Notes: generated by a model from the sequence alone, not told the origin. Positions 10,365 through 21,339 are shown, counted from the first letter of the stretch. The stretch is 64,000 bases of DNA from Candidatus Moranbacteria bacterium GW2011_GWC2_40_12 (GCA_000995965.1 LBYD01000001.1:362848-426847), one strand, 5' to 3'. Numbers and translations: made by a program.

Positions 10365-11558
10365 TTACTTGATGATCTTCGTTACCACTCCCGCTCCGAC
10401 TGTTTTTCCGCCTTCTCGAATGGCAAACCGCATTCCGTCTTCCATGGCAACCGGAGCCATCAATTTCACACCCAGGTTGACCGTGTCGCCCGGCATAACC
10501 ATTTCCGATCCTTCCGGAAGAGTGACATCTCCTGTCACATCAGTAGTCCGGATATAAAATTGCGGTTTGTATCCTTTGAAAAACGGAGTGTGGCGGCCGC
10601 CTTCTTCTTTGGTGAGGATGTATATTTCCCCTTCAAATTCAGTGTGAGGCGTGATTGAACCGGGTTTCGCGAGCACTTGTCCTCTCTCAACATCTTCTTT
10701 CTTGGTTCCGCGCAGAAGTATTCCGGCATTGTCTCCGGCTTGTCCCTTGTCAAGGGTCTTGTTGAACATTTCCACTCCTGTGACAATCGTCTTGGTGGTA
10801 GGGCGGATTCCGACAATTTCAATTTCCTCATTGAGGTTTACAACGCCTCTTTCGATTCTTCCCGTGACGACTGTGCCGCGGCCTTCGATTGAGAAAATGT
10901 CTTCAATCGGCATAAGAAAAGGCTTGTCAACATCGCGAACCGGCTCTGGAATCGAATCATCAAGAGCTTTTATGAGATCGAGGATGGGCTTGGCCGCTTC
11001 ATCGTCCTTGCTTTTTGACTCAAGAGCCTTGAGGGCCGAACCCCGGATAACCGGGATCTTGTCCCCGTCAAATTCATATTTTGTGAGAAGCTCGCGAATT
11101 TCAGCTTCAACCAGGTCCACAAGCTCCGGATCATCCACCATGTCAACCTTATTGAGAAATACGACGATTTGGGGAACGCCGACTTGGCGAGCAAGCAATA
11201 TATGCTCCCTCGTCTGGGGCATGGGACCATCGGTGGCAGAAACAACCAAAATAGCTCCGTCCATTTGGGCGGCGCCGGTGATCATATTTTTTATGTAATC
11301 GGCATGGCCCGGACAGTCAACATGGGCATAGTGCCTTTTTTCAGATTCATATTCGCAATGAGTGGTTGCGATCGTGATGCCGCGCTCCCTTTCTTCCGGA
11401 GCATTGTCAATTTCATCGACAGATTTTTTTGAAGCGGAAAAACCGGCAAGATTCAACACGTGGAGTATCGCTGCCGTAAGGGTAGTTTTTCCATGGTCAA
11501 CGTGTCCGATTGTGCCAACGTTGACGTGAGGTTTGGTTCTTTCAAATACTGCCGCCAT
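10365..11558 (-). CDS. tuf: Elongation factor Tu
   Basis: [17 protein letters not shown]. Confidence 0.99.
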   Translation of the reverse strand: MAAVFERTKPHVNVGTIGHVDHGKTTLTAAILHVLNLAGFSASKKSVDEIDNAPEERERGITIATTHCEYESEKRHYAHVDCPGHADYIKNMITGAAQMDGAILVVSATDGPMPQTREHILLARQVGVPQIVVFLNKVDMVDDPELVDLVEAEIRELLTKYEFDGDKIPVIRGSALKALESKSKDDEAAKPILDLIKALDDSIPEPVRDVDKPFLMPIEDIFSIEGRGTVVTGRIERGVVNLNEEIEIVGIRPTTKTIVTGVEMFNKTLDKGQAGDNAGILLRGTKKEDVERGQVLAKPGSITPHTEFEGEIYILTKEEGGRHTPFFKGYKPQFYIRTTDVTGDVTLPEGSEMVMPGDTVNLGVKLMAPVAMEDGMRFAIREGGKTVGAGVVTKIIK

Positions 11559-11699
11559 TTTTTTCTTTCCGAACTTGCCCAAATGATAATATCGAATTTG
11601 TGCAAATTCGCTTTGTATTAGCTTTTATTAAGATTTATTATTATAAATGTCTTCTGTTTGAAATTATTATAAATCAAGTTTTATTTTTTGTCAAAACGT

Positions 11700-11969
11700 T
11701 TACCTGATATATTCGATGTCTTCCAGTTTTTCGATTTCGCCCAGGAGCGCTTCTTCCGATTTTTCCTTGTTTTCGCGCCAGAGCGATATATCGGAATTTA
11801 TCTTATCAACAAGCTCTTTTTCTGTCAATGCCCGAAGCTCTTTTCGGCTCATAACCGCTTCCTTATATTCTTCGAAATTCATCACGATGTATGCCGGTTT
11901 TCCGTTTTCGACGATGATATATCTTCCGCCGACCGCATCCAGTATTTCTTTGAGCTCTTTCGTAATCAT
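11700..11969 (-). CDS. Hypothetical protein, N-terminus resembles Phd/YefM antitoxin fold
   Basis: [19 protein letters not shown]; start overlaps fusA stop (ATGA). Confidence 0.6.
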   Translation of the reverse strand: MITKELKEILDAVGGRYIIVENGKPAYIVMNFEEYKEAVMSRKELRALTEKELVDKINSDISLWRENKEKSEEALLGEIEKLEDIEYIR

Positions 11970-14053
11970 TTTTTTTCTCCGCTCTTTATTTCTTCTGCGA
12001 TATTTTTCGGCACTTCTTCATAATAGTCAAACTCCATGTTATAATTTGCCCTTCCCTGGCTCATCGAGCGAAGCTGGGTGGCATACCCGAACATTGAAGC
12101 CAGAGGAGCAATCGACTTGATCACTTTCACCCGCGCGTTTCCTTCGCCCCGGTCTTCAATTTCCTGGATTTGACCGCGTTTCGCGTTGATATCCCCAACC
12201 ACATCCCCCATAAACTGCTCGGGCGTGACTACTTCCACTTTCATAATCGGTTCAAGAATGATCGGATCAGCCCGCCTTACTCCTTCCTGAAGCGCCATGG
12301 AACCGGCAATTTTAAACGCCGCCTCCGACGAATCAACATCGTGATATGATCCGTCATAAACCGTCACTTTTATGTCCACCAGCGGATAACCGGCAATAAC
12401 CCCCCGGTCCAAAGCTTCCTTGACACCCTTTTGTATCGCCGGAATATACTCTTGCGGAATAATTCCTCCCTTGATTTCATCCAGAAATTCAAAACCTTTA
12501 CCTTTTTCGTTCGGTTCAACTTTCAGCCAGCAATGGCCGTATTGCCCTCGACCTCCCGATTGACGGATATATTTTCCTTCCGCTTCAGCCGATTTTTTGA
12601 TCGTTTCTCTGTATGCAACCTGCGGACGACCGACATTTCCTTCCACTTTGAATTCGCGCTTCATCCGATCGACGATAATATCAAGATGCAGCTCCCCCAT
12701 TCCGGAAATGATGGTTTGTCCGGTTTCTTCATCTGACCGAACGCGAAAAGTCGGATCTTCCGCGGAGAGCTTTTTGAGGGCGATTCCCATTTTCTCCTGA
12801 TCAGCTTTGGTTTTCGGCTCAATGGCAATCGAAATAACCGGCTCCGGAAAAGTAATGGATTCCAAAATGACAGGTTTCTCCGGATCGCAAAGCGTGTCGC
12901 CGGTGGTCGTATATTTCATCCCGACCAGCGCCCCAATCCCGCCGGCATATATTTCCTGCATTTCTTCGCGGTGGTTGGCATGCATCTGAAGAATTCTTCC
13001 CACTCTCTCCTTTTCTCCCTTAGTCGCATTCAGAACGTAAGAGCCGGCTTTGACTGTTCCTGAATATACGCGGAAGAAAGTCAGTTGCCCGACAAAAGGA
13101 TCAGTTGCGATTTTGAAGGCCAGAGCCGAAAAGGAACCTTCGTCAAGAGCCTTAACCTCAATTTCTTTTTCGGTCTTCGGATCAATTCCCTTTGCGGGAG
13201 GAATTTCGATCGGTGAAGGCAGATAATCAACCACTCCGTCCAAAACCGGTTGGACGCCTTTGTTTTTGAGGGCTGAACCGCAATAAGCCGGAAATAATTT
13301 CACGCCGATCACGGCCTTTCGAAGGGCGGCTTTGAGTTCCGGAAATGAAATTTCCTCTCCCGCTAAAAACTTTTCCGTGAGGGCATCGTCCGTTTCGGCA
13401 ATTTTTTCCACCATTTTGTCCCGCCACTTTTTTGCTTCTTCCAGCATTTCGGAGGGAATTTCGTCTTCCCGCACTTTTTCGCCCTTATCTCCTTCGAAAT
13501 ATACGGCTTTCATTTTCATAAGGTCAACTACACCCTTGAAGTCGCTTCTTTGCCCGATAGGAATCTGGACGGCCATCACTCGCGGATTTAGCCGATTTTC
13601 AATTGAATCCAACGAAAAGAAAAAGTCAGCTCCTTCTTTATCCACTTTGTTTATAAAACAGAGCCTTGGCACATTGTATTTGTCAGCCTGGCGCCAAACC
13701 GTTTCTGATTGAGGCTCCACGCCTTCTTTCCCGTCAAAGACGACCACTCCACCGTCAAGAACCCTGAGGCTCCTTTCCACCTCTACGGTGAAATCCACAT
13801 GGCCCGGGGTGTCAATGATGTTTATTTGGCAATCCTGCCAATAACATGTCGTCGCGGCGCTTGTGATCGTGATGCCGCGTTCTTTTTCCTGCTCCATCCA
13901 ATCCATCGTCGCTTCTCCCTCATGGACTTCGCCGATTTTGTGGGAAATTCCCGTATAAAACAAAACGCGCTCGGTGGTCGTTGTCTTGCCGGCGTCGATA
14001 TGCGCGATTATTCCGATGTTTCTATACTTCTCTATAGGATATTTTCTTGCCAT
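11966..14053 (-). CDS. fusA: Elongation factor G
   Basis: [26 protein letters not shown]. Confidence 0.99.
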   Translation of the reverse strand: MARKYPIEKYRNIGIIAHIDAGKTTTTERVLFYTGISHKIGEVHEGEATMDWMEQEKERGITITSAATTCYWQDCQINIIDTPGHVDFTVEVERSLRVLDGGVVVFDGKEGVEPQSETVWRQADKYNVPRLCFINKVDKEGADFFFSLDSIENRLNPRVMAVQIPIGQRSDFKGVVDLMKMKAVYFEGDKGEKVREDEIPSEMLEEAKKWRDKMVEKIAETDDALTEKFLAGEEISFPELKAALRKAVIGVKLFPAYCGSALKNKGVQPVLDGVVDYLPSPIEIPPAKGIDPKTEKEIEVKALDEGSFSALAFKIATDPFVGQLTFFRVYSGTVKAGSYVLNATKGEKERVGRILQMHANHREEMQEIYAGGIGALVGMKYTTTGDTLCDPEKPVILESITFPEPVISIAIEPKTKADQEKMGIALKKLSAEDPTFRVRSDEETGQTIISGMGELHLDIIVDRMKREFKVEGNVGRPQVAYRETIKKSAEAEGKYIRQSGGRGQYGHCWLKVEPNEKGKGFEFLDEIKGGIIPQEYIPAIQKGVKEALDRGVIAGYPLVDIKVTVYDGSYHDVDSSEAAFKIAGSMALQEGVRRADPIILEPIMKVEVVTPEQFMGDVVGDINAKRGQIQEIEDRGEGNARVKVIKSIAPLASMFGYATQLRSMSQGRANYNMEFDYYEEVPKNIAEEIKSGEKK

Positions 14054-14061
14054 ATATTTAT

Positions 14062-14529
14062 TTATGCGAAATGGGCAAACGCCTTGTTCGCTTCCGCCAT
14101 ACGGTGAGTGTCCTCGCGTTTTTTCATTGCCGCGCCCTGTTTTTGCGAAGCATCGAGAAGTTCGTCAGCCAATTTTTCCGCCATTTTCTTGCCTTTTTTG
14201 GCTCTCACGGCAGTCAGAATCCAACGCATCGCGAGAGTCGCCCTTCTGTCCCCGGCGACTTGGACGGGAACCTGGTAGTTGGCCCCTCCGATCCGGCGGG
14301 ATTTCAGTTCCACAATCGGAGAAACATTTTTCACTGCCTGCTCAAAGATGTTGAGTCCGCCCTTTTTGGTCTTTTCGTGAATAATTTCAAAAGAGTCATG
14401 AATAATTTTTTCGGCAATGCTCCTTTTGCCTCTTTCCATCAGATGCCCAACAAACCTTCCGACAAGAAGGTTTGAATATTCCGAATCGGGCTTCCAATTT
14501 TTGCGGTATACTCTTTTGCGTCTAGGCAC
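14062..14529 (-). CDS. rpsG: 30S ribosomal protein S7 (probable GTG start)
   Basis: [24 protein letters not shown]. Confidence 0.96.
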   Translation of the reverse strand: MPRRKRVYRKNWKPDSEYSNLLVGRFVGHLMERGKRSIAEKIIHDSFEIIHEKTKKGGLNIFEQAVKNVSPIVELKSRRIGGANYQVPVQVAGDRRATLAMRWILTAVRAKKGKKMAEKLADELLDASQKQGAAMKKREDTHRMAEANKAFAHFA

Positions 14530-14673
14530 GATAGATAATTTAATAATCAAAAATCAAAGCGTAAAATGACAATACAAAGTTCAAAATTAGCAAATGTAAA
14601 GATGATTTTATATTCCAATGCATTTTACATTTTACACTGTCATTTTGCATTTTGAGATTTTCATTTTGCATTT

Positions 14674-15087
14674 CTAGGCCTTGGGCCGTTTCGCTCCGTA
14701 TTTAGATCTTCCTTGCTTCCTGTCTGAAACTCCTGCAGCGTCGAGAACTCCCCGGACAACGTGATATCGCACTCCCGGCAGATCCGGCACTCGTCCCCCG
14801 CGGATCATGACAATCGAGTGTTCCTGCAAATTGTGGCCAATTCCGGGAATATAGGCTGTCACTTCCATGCCGTTGGTGAGGCGCACACGCGCGATTTTCC
14901 GAAGGGCGGAATTCGGTTTTTTGGGAGTGGTCGTCGAAACTTTCACGCAAACGCCGCGTTTGAAGGGGCTCGTGGTATCAACCGGGCGGTTTTGAATCGT
15001 ATTGAAAATCCTCGCCATCGCGGGCGACTTGGTTTTTTTCTTCTGGACCTTTCGGGGCCTTTTTTTGAGTTGGTTGATAGTCGGCAT
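14674..15087 (-). CDS. rpsL: 30S ribosomal protein S12
   Basis: [25 protein letters not shown]. Confidence 0.98.
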   Translation of the reverse strand: MPTINQLKKRPRKVQKKKTKSPAMARIFNTIQNRPVDTTSPFKRGVCVKVSTTTPKKPNSALRKIARVRLTNGMEVTAYIPGIGHNLQEHSIVMIRGGRVPDLPGVRYHVVRGVLDAAGVSDRKQGRSKYGAKRPKA

Positions 15088-15229
15088 ATTTGCTTCGCTA
15101 TAATCAATGGTCAAAAATCAAAATTCTGAATTTTTGTATTCGCTTCACGAAAAAATATTTTATTTTCCGTCAATAAATAAAACCGCTAGTAAGCTAGCAA
15201 AAGAATAGTATATAAAAAACATTTTTCTG

Positions 15230-15658
15230 TCAATTCTTTTTTTGCTTCACCGCGACTTCTTCCAAAACATCAAATCTTTTTTCAAGCTTCGTGAATTCAG
15301 CCTGATCAATTTTCTGATCCAATTTTTTTACTATTTCTTTTCTCATATCGGATATATCCGTCACCACATTGTCAAGCCTAGTTTCAACCCCGTTGAGCCT
15401 GTTTTCAACCCCGTTGAGCCTGTTTTCAACACCATTGAGCCTGTTTTCAACTCCGTCAATACGTCCGCCCAACTTCTGCTCAACTCCGTCAATTCTCGCG
15501 CCCAACCTCGTTTCAACATCAACGAACCCCCGCTGAACCATTTCCGCGAGATTATCAATACGACCATTTAATTTTTTTTCTAGACCCGAAAATCCACGCT
15601 GAATTATTTCAACGGTATTTTCTTGGGTTATTTTCTTTTGTTGATTTTTTTTCTCCAT
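15230..15658 (-). CDS. Coiled-coil protein with heptad repeats
   Basis: Tandem RLNGVEN units. Confidence 0.75.
   Translation of the reverse strand: MEKKNQQKKITQENTVEIIQRGFSGLEKKLNGRIDNLAEMVQRGFVDVETRLGARIDGVEQKLGGRIDGVENRLNGVENRLNGVENRLNGVETRLDNVVTDISDMRKEIVKKLDQKIDQAEFTKLEKRFDVLEEVAVKQKKN
15374..15457. repeat. About four copies of a 21-bp coding tandem repeat
   Basis: Unit close to GAGCCTGTTTTCAACCCCGTT. Confidence 0.85.
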
Positions 15659-15691
15659 TATTTTTTATTATAACGACTCGCAAAAAAGCGG

Positions 15692-16321
15692 TCAAATTCC
15701 GACGACTACTTTGAAAAAAGCGTTTTGGATAGAATGAATGATCGTTCCGATAACACCAGAAAAAAGAACTATAAAGGGAATGAGGAAGAAAAATCCGTAC
15801 TGTTCTAGGTACATTTTTGTTTCTTCCCGAATGGGAAAAAAAGCGAAAAGAAGTTTGGAGCCATCCAGGGGAGGGAAAGGAATCAGATTGAAAAAAGCCA
15901 GCATCAGATTGATAAGGATGACATAATAGAAGACGGCGAACGCGAGACTGCTAAAATCCGCTGAAATATTCCCCGTTATAAGGAGAACCTTGAGAAAAAA
16001 TCCAAAAATTAGAGCGATAAAGATATTCGACAGTGGCCCGGCGGCTCCAACAATGGCCGGCCCATATTTTTGATTTCGGAGATTATAAGGATTATATGGC
16101 ACCGGTTTCGCCCAAGCGATGAAAAACGGGGACCGAGTGAAGACAAGGAGAAGCGGCAAAAGCACGGAACCGAAGGGATCGAGATGCTTCAAGGGATTGA
16201 GGGTGAGCCGGTCCGCATATTTTGCGGTTGGATCTCCCTGCCACAAAGCCGCCAGCCCATGCGATACTTCATGGACGACAGCGGACATTATGAGGATTGG
16301 AAGAATTATTATAAATTCCAT
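15692..16321 (-). CDS. Site-2 protease (peptidase M50)
   Basis: HEVSH and NLIPFPPLDG motifs, hydrophobic helices. Confidence 0.93.
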   Translation of the reverse strand: MEFIIILPILIMSAVVHEVSHGLAALWQGDPTAKYADRLTLNPLKHLDPFGSVLLPLLLVFTRSPFFIAWAKPVPYNPYNLRNQKYGPAIVGAAGPLSNIFIALIFGFFLKVLLITGNISADFSSLAFAVFYYVILINLMLAFFNLIPFPPLDGSKLLFAFFPIREETKMYLEQYGFFFLIPFIVLFSGVIGTIIHSIQNAFFKVVVGI

Positions 16322-16495
16322 ATATTATATTACCCGGATGTTGCCAAAAATCTTTTCTTATGATATCGTGAACGGGTTAATTAAGCAACAAGCGCTCGCC
16401 AATTGAGAGTGGATGAATTACGAATATGAACGAATCTTTTTAGTAAGTTCGCTCTCATTCGTCAATAATTCGTTCCTTATTCGCGAGTTATTATT

Positions 16496-16669
16496 ATGAG
16501 TAGAGTCTGCCAAGTCTGCGGCCGCGGACCCCGTTCCGCCCAAAGCCGCTCTCATTCCAACATCGCCACAAAAAGAACTATGGCGATCAATCTCCAAACC
16601 AAAAAAACCGGCGGTCGGAATATCAAAATATGCACTAAGTGCCTCAAAACCGCCGCTAAAGAAAAATAG
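16496..16669 (+). CDS. rpmB: 50S ribosomal protein L28 (absent from ORF track, 57 aa)
   Basis: MSRVCQVCGRGPRSAQSRSHSNIATKRTMAINLQ...CTKCLK. Confidence 0.93.
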   Translation: MSRVCQVCGRGPRSAQSRSHSNIATKRTMAINLQTKKTGGRNIKICTKCLKTAAKEK

Positions 16670-16695
16670 TCCCGCTAAGCGGGACTATTTTTTTT
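16662..16695. terminator. Bidirectional intrinsic terminator
   Basis: AAAAATAGTCCCGC-TAA-GCGGGACTATTTTT. Confidence 0.85.
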
Positions 16696-16737
16696 CCCAA
16701 CATCAGAAAAGCCTTTTTCCTGACATTAAATGTTTAT

Positions 16738-17244
16738 TTATCGCGCCGGCGATAAATATATAATGTTTCCAGCAGTCAAGACGCTTTCTGAATAAGGAGA
16801 TTTATCAGATATAACGGATATTGCGTCTCCGGTTTTCAAGTCTGAAAACCTCTTGAGAGCAAACATGGTTTCACCGCTTATTTTCACTGTTATCTGTTTG
16901 TTGAATTTCTCAAAATCATTGGCCGATTGATCTTGCGGACTGTTCGCATTCGTCGATTTTTCCGAGTTTTTCGGCTTTGAAAAATCAGCTAGCTCCACGT
17001 CAACAGTCAATTCATTCTCAGAAATTTTTTCAATCGTACCAGTGAACTGCTTGATTATTTCCTCCAGCGGCGGATTTTTTTTCTTGATAGAATCTTGACT
17101 GACCGGTTGCTGAATTGCGCCTGAAGCGCCTCCCGTTCTGGCATTGATGTCTTTTAGCTGGCGAAAAATAATCGCGCCAGAAATCAAAACAACCAAAGCC
17201 AATGCGCAAACAGTAATAATTATTATTTTCTCGAATTTTGTCAT
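16738..17244 (-). CDS. Hypothetical membrane-anchored protein
   Basis: One N-terminal TM followed by a soluble domain. Confidence 0.7.
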   Translation of the reverse strand: MTKFEKIIIITVCALALVVLISGAIIFRQLKDINARTGGASGAIQQPVSQDSIKKKNPPLEEIIKQFTGTIEKISENELTVDVELADFSKPKNSEKSTNANSPQDQSANDFEKFNKQITVKISGETMFALKRFSDLKTGDAISVISDKSPYSESVLTAGNIIYLSPAR

Positions 17245-17297
17245 TTTTTTGTTTTTATATTTTTATAATTTCCCAAAGCAAGCCTCAAGAGACAGTG

Positions 17298-17807
17298 TTA
17301 CGGATAATACAGACAATGCGCCGTATCCGTATAGATCGACTGGATCACAAAGGGACAATTAATGCCGCAATTGCCTGAAACGCAGCTACAAACATAGGTT
17401 GTACTTGTACAACCGCAAATGCCGGAAATAAATGAACAAGAAGGATTGTCCTCGTACGTGGACCCGCACGAATACACCCCGCTGTTGCAATGAGTGGCTG
17501 TTGGAGTTGGAGCTGGAGGAGCTGGAGGAGCAGGAGCTGGTGGAGCAGGGGCTGGGGCTCCAACAACGGCGCTGAGACATTTTGTCGAGTCACCGCCATT
17601 CAAGCAAAAATCTTTGGCGTTGATTTTTCCGCTTGAAGTATCCCCTTTTGTTTGGTCAACTGTGCCCGTATTTATCGGCGCGCCGACGTTGCCGTCGGGA
17701 GGGGTCGCGGTCGGCTCGGTCCAGGCACGGACGAATTGCAGCCCAAAGCCAAGAGCGATGCCGACGACGGCGACTTTGAGCCAGTGGGTGATTTGTTTTT
17801 TGTTCAT
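17298..17807 (-). CDS. Surface/secreted protein, WTEP..PP.GNVGAPIN family, Pro linker, Cys-rich C-terminus (paralog 1)
   Basis: N-terminus matches 46507..47055 (QFVRAWTEP..TPP.GNVGAPINT). Confidence 0.8.
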   Translation of the reverse strand: MNKKQITHWLKVAVVGIALGFGLQFVRAWTEPTATPPDGNVGAPINTGTVDQTKGDTSSGKINAKDFCLNGGDSTKCLSAVVGAPAPAPPAPAPPAPPAPTPTATHCNSGVYSCGSTYEDNPSCSFISGICGCTSTTYVCSCVSGNCGINCPFVIQSIYTDTAHCLYYP

Positions 17808-17988
17808 ATATATAGGGGGGAAAATAATTAATTTTTTTCTCGAAAACCGATTCCGAAAGCTCAACTTTCGGAAGTAGTACAGATCTTCTCGCAAAGGTTA
17901 GACCTCAGCGAAGTTTTTAATCTATCTATCAACCATTTTTCTACCAACATTCAATGTTGGTAGAAATGTCAGTTGAGATTAAACTTTC

Positions 17989-19332
17989 TTACGGATTCGT
18001 TTCAATCCAGCCAGGGCCCTTGATGCAGACATTTGTTGGTGGCAAACAATCTTCGCCGCCTGTTGTATCCGTTTCAACCTCTGTGCATCCGTACCGAGAT
18101 GATGACGGTGCCTCAATTACGCAATCGGAATTCGGCTGATCGGTACTTACGCTGATAGAACCGCCAATCGCACTGCACATATTCAAAGCGCATCCAGCAT
18201 CTCCGTCAATTGTCACATGAAATTTGTCAGTATCTCCAGCCGTGATCGTAAAGCTTGAAGGCGCACTGCAAGTGCAAGCAAGATCCTTTTCAACAGTAAC
18301 ATTCGAATCATCAGAGCCACAGCTCGAATCGGAACATTCTCCTTTTATGATGCCGTTTGTATTTGTTTGAAAATTTGTTGCCTGTACTCTTATTAAGCAT
18401 CCTCCACCTACACCAGTTGTGCATTCTGGCGGAGAATCTACTATTGCAATTTTTCCCGAAGGATCAGATATTTCTGAAAATATTATTCTTTTACCAGATA
18501 TAGCTTTATCATTTCCACCTGAGTCTATAAGTTGAGCATAAAGATCACCGGGATTGTTTGAGCTGTTCAAATTGATATCTGTTAATCTAATTCCTAAAAT
18601 CTCTGTGATCTCTGCCCGCGAAAAATCAATCCAGCCAAAGCCATTCGCCATATTTCCTCCAGATCCATCCTCTTCCCCATTCCATCCCTTACCCGAGAAA
18701 TTGCCATCCGAATCAATTATCACTCCATAATTGCATCGATTGTTATTCCCATAATCATTTATTCCTGTACATGATGATCCATTCCAGCTTGACCCGTCAC
18801 CTGCCATCTTTATTTTTCCGCTCCAGCCTCCAGCGTTTAAACCCGCCTGCAAAATAGACACTATTTGCGCAGTTCCTGATAGATGCTTTTCAGATCCTAT
18901 TGCTGTTACAGATACACCGCTAAAGTCTACCCATCCAATATTCTCACCACCCCATCCGTAGCCACTTGCATTTCCACTTTCAGGAAAATTAACTCCGTAA
19001 TCTACTATATTCGAAGAGAAATCAAACGAGGGGTCATTTTTGTCTTTACATGTCTTTCCTGTCGCAGATTCTCTGTCGAGGCAGTTCATACTTATCCAGC
19101 CAAATCCTGTTTCATCCCCATCAATACAGCTTGGATTAGCTGGATAAACCATACAATTTTCAGTTCCACCTAGATTCGCATCTTCACTCCCTCCCCAAAG
19201 CCAGCCAGTAACATTCCCCGCCGCTTGGATTTTCACAATGCTCGCCGCGGCGAAGACCAAAAGAAAAAGAGCCAAAGTCAAAAAAAGCTTTCGCCCTATG
19301 CTAAACGCTCCCCGTTTTTTTGAGATTTTCAT
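17989..19332 (-). CDS. Secreted Cys/Gly-rich protein with repeated GWxW...GW(I/V) motifs
   Basis: Signal peptide; GWLWG/FGWIS, GYGWG/IGWVDF, GKGWN/FGWIDF; ends WIETNP. Confidence 0.8.
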   Translation of the reverse strand: MKISKKRGAFSIGRKLFLTLALFLLVFAAASIVKIQAAGNVTGWLWGGSEDANLGGTENCMVYPANPSCIDGDETGFGWISMNCLDRESATGKTCKDKNDPSFDFSSNIVDYGVNFPESGNASGYGWGGENIGWVDFSGVSVTAIGSEKHLSGTAQIVSILQAGLNAGGWSGKIKMAGDGSSWNGSSCTGINDYGNNNRCNYGVIIDSDGNFSGKGWNGEEDGSGGNMANGFGWIDFSRAEITEILGIRLTDINLNSSNNPGDLYAQLIDSGGNDKAISGKRIIFSEISDPSGKIAIVDSPPECTTGVGGGCLIRVQATNFQTNTNGIIKGECSDSSCGSDDSNVTVEKDLACTCSAPSSFTITAGDTDKFHVTIDGDAGCALNMCSAIGGSISVSTDQPNSDCVIEAPSSSRYGCTEVETDTTGGEDCLPPTNVCIKGPGWIETNP

Positions 19333-19565
19333 TTTTTTATATTAGTTTTTACTCCTGTCCAAATTATACAATATCCCCAAAATCAGTGCAACAGCCGTCA
19401 AGGGCTTTTAAAAATCAGAGAAATGGGATAGAATAAAAAATGTAAAATGGAAATCTCAAAATGAAAAATGACATTGTAAAATTCAAAATGCTCATAAAAT
19501 AAAAAATGTGATAAGTTTTACATTTTGAATTATTATTTTTGATTTTTGATTTTTGAATTAAACCT

Positions 19566-20072
19566 ATGCCGTACAGAAAATTTATAATATCCAGCTGTAT
19601 CATGCTAACCTCGCTGATCGCCAAATCAGCGTTTGCCGTCTGTCCCGTCTGCACGGTCGCTGTCGGCGCCGGATTGGGACTCGCCCAATGGTTTGGAATT
19701 GACGACTCGATATCCGGCCTTTGGATCGGAGCGCTTGTTGTTTCCGTCTCCATCTGGACAATCAATTGGCTGAACGGAAAAAATCTCCGTTTCAAGGGCA
19801 GGAAGATCTTGATTTTTCTCGGATATTACGCAATTGTCATCCTGCCGCTTTGGAAAAAAGGCTTGATCGGCCATCCGTATAACAAGCTTTGTGGAATTGA
19901 TAAGCTGCTCTTTGGAATTATTTTCGGAACTATTTTATTTACCGCGGGAGTCTTGTTTCACAACTATATCCGCAAAAAAAACGGTGATGTTTCTTATTTC
20001 AAGGGGCAAAAGATTGTTTTTGCCGTTGCACCCATTATAATTGCAAGTATAATTCTTTATTTCACTTGCTAG
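19566..20072 (+). CDS. Multi-TM membrane protein with CPVC motif
   Basis: AVCPVCTVAVGAG then about four TM helices. Confidence 0.8.
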   Translation: MPYRKFIISSCIMLTSLIAKSAFAVCPVCTVAVGAGLGLAQWFGIDDSISGLWIGALVVSVSIWTINWLNGKNLRFKGRKILIFLGYYAIVILPLWKKGLIGHPYNKLCGIDKLLFGIIFGTILFTAGVLFHNYIRKKNGDVSYFKGQKIVFAVAPIIIASIILYFTC

Positions 20073-20210
20073 CTTTACGAATTACGAATCTGTTACGAAT
20101 ATACGAATTCAAAAAATATTCGTAATTGGTATATTCGTAGAGCGAAGCGCCCGCCTGCAACGCATTGCGTAGCAATGCGGGCAGGTATTCGTAATTCGTA
20201 AAAAATTTCC

Positions 20211-20792
20211 ATGCTCAAAGCAACAAATGATGATAAATTGAAAAAAATAAACGACCTTATCCAAAAAGTCGACGAGATGAAAAAAGCCGACAAGATGGAC
20301 CTTTCGTCCGACCAGGATTTGTCAATCGCCATCATGAATCTGGTTTCGATCGAAGAACATTTCTTCTTTACCGGCGCCAAGACCGGAAAACCGGAATATT
20401 ATGACATGCTGCAGGAAGTGCGGGCTATGCGGGGCGACCTCTTGCGAAAAATAGTAAAAAATCCCGAGGGAGAACAATGGTGCATCTCCAAACATCTCCT
20501 TGCCGCTTCAATGCGCCTCATGGAAGTGGGAACCAAACAGCACAAGGCCGGAAATCAGAAAGAGGCTCTTGAGTTATTTGAAAAATCTTTCGATTGCTAC
20601 TCTCTATTCTGGGGAATAAATATGGATCTGATCAAGACCGACGACATCAAAAAAATCGACGAGGGAGCCATCAATGTGCATGACACAGAAAAAAAGCTTG
20701 CCCGCAATACTTCTCGAAGAGATGCAGGCGGGGGATTTCTGGGAAAACTGGGCGAGCTCGTCAAGAAAGCGGTTGATTGCTGTTTGGAGTGA
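20211..20792 (+). CDS. Hypothetical helical protein, possible metal ligands
   Basis: EEH, WCISKH, terminal DCCLE. Confidence 0.78.
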   Translation: MLKATNDDKLKKINDLIQKVDEMKKADKMDLSSDQDLSIAIMNLVSIEEHFFFTGAKTGKPEYYDMLQEVRAMRGDLLRKIVKNPEGEQWCISKHLLAASMRLMEVGTKQHKAGNQKEALELFEKSFDCYSLFWGINMDLIKTDDIKKIDEGAINVHDTEKKLARNTSRRDAGGGFLGKLGELVKKAVDCCLE

Positions 20793-20867
20793 AAAAGCGA
20801 GGCTCTCAGCGATGCCAGTAGCTTAATTTTGGAAAGATATCTTTTTTATGCATAGAAAAAAATAAAT

Positions 20868-20899
20868 ACAGGCTAGTCCGCGGACTAGCCTGTCTTTTT
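20868..20899. terminator. Intrinsic terminator between convergent genes
   Basis: ACAGGCTAGTCCG/CGGACTAGCCTGT then T-run. Confidence 0.75.
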
Positions 20900-20926
20900 C
20901 GCGATGGCACCCAGCATCCATCAACG

Positions 20927-21211
20927 TCAGCAGCCGGTCTGCTCTTCATGCAAGGTATCGTCTCCGAAATTAGTCCATCGCTCCCGGGGCAGGCTGGCAA
21001 TGAGAGAGGCCTTGATTTCAGCCAGCGGATCGGTGAGGTCTTTCAGTAGTTCGATAAGCTTTTTGGCTTTCTCCGCTTCTCTTGATGATAAAGGATCCTT
21101 GCGACGCAATTCCTCGAGCCCCCTGGACAATTCTTGGGCCTGTCTAAGAAGTGTCAAACTAAGAAATTGATCTAGCTTGACTAACCAATAGTTACTGCTA
21201 TTTTTTCTCAT
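20927..21211 (-). CDS. Hypothetical ORFan
   Basis: AAGGAGGG SD before ATG; TTGACA upstream. Confidence 0.55.
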   Translation of the reverse strand: MRKNSSNYWLVKLDQFLSLTLLRQAQELSRGLEELRRKDPLSSREAEKAKKLIELLKDLTDPLAEIKASLIASLPRERWTNFGDDTLHEEQTGC

Positions 21212-21339
21212 TATTATTCCCTCCTTGCCAGAAGCTTCGCAATTTCAAAATTTTTTGTCAAATCATAAAAAAACAACCTCGCCTTCATTGCGCGGGAGGT
21301 TGTTTTTTGAGTCCTAAATAACTATTTTGAGAATATTTT

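Noticed and set aside
79-15129. Many plus-strand ORFs over the ribosomal operon
   Set aside because: Antisense shadows of well-identified minus-strand genes, with no recognisable motifs.
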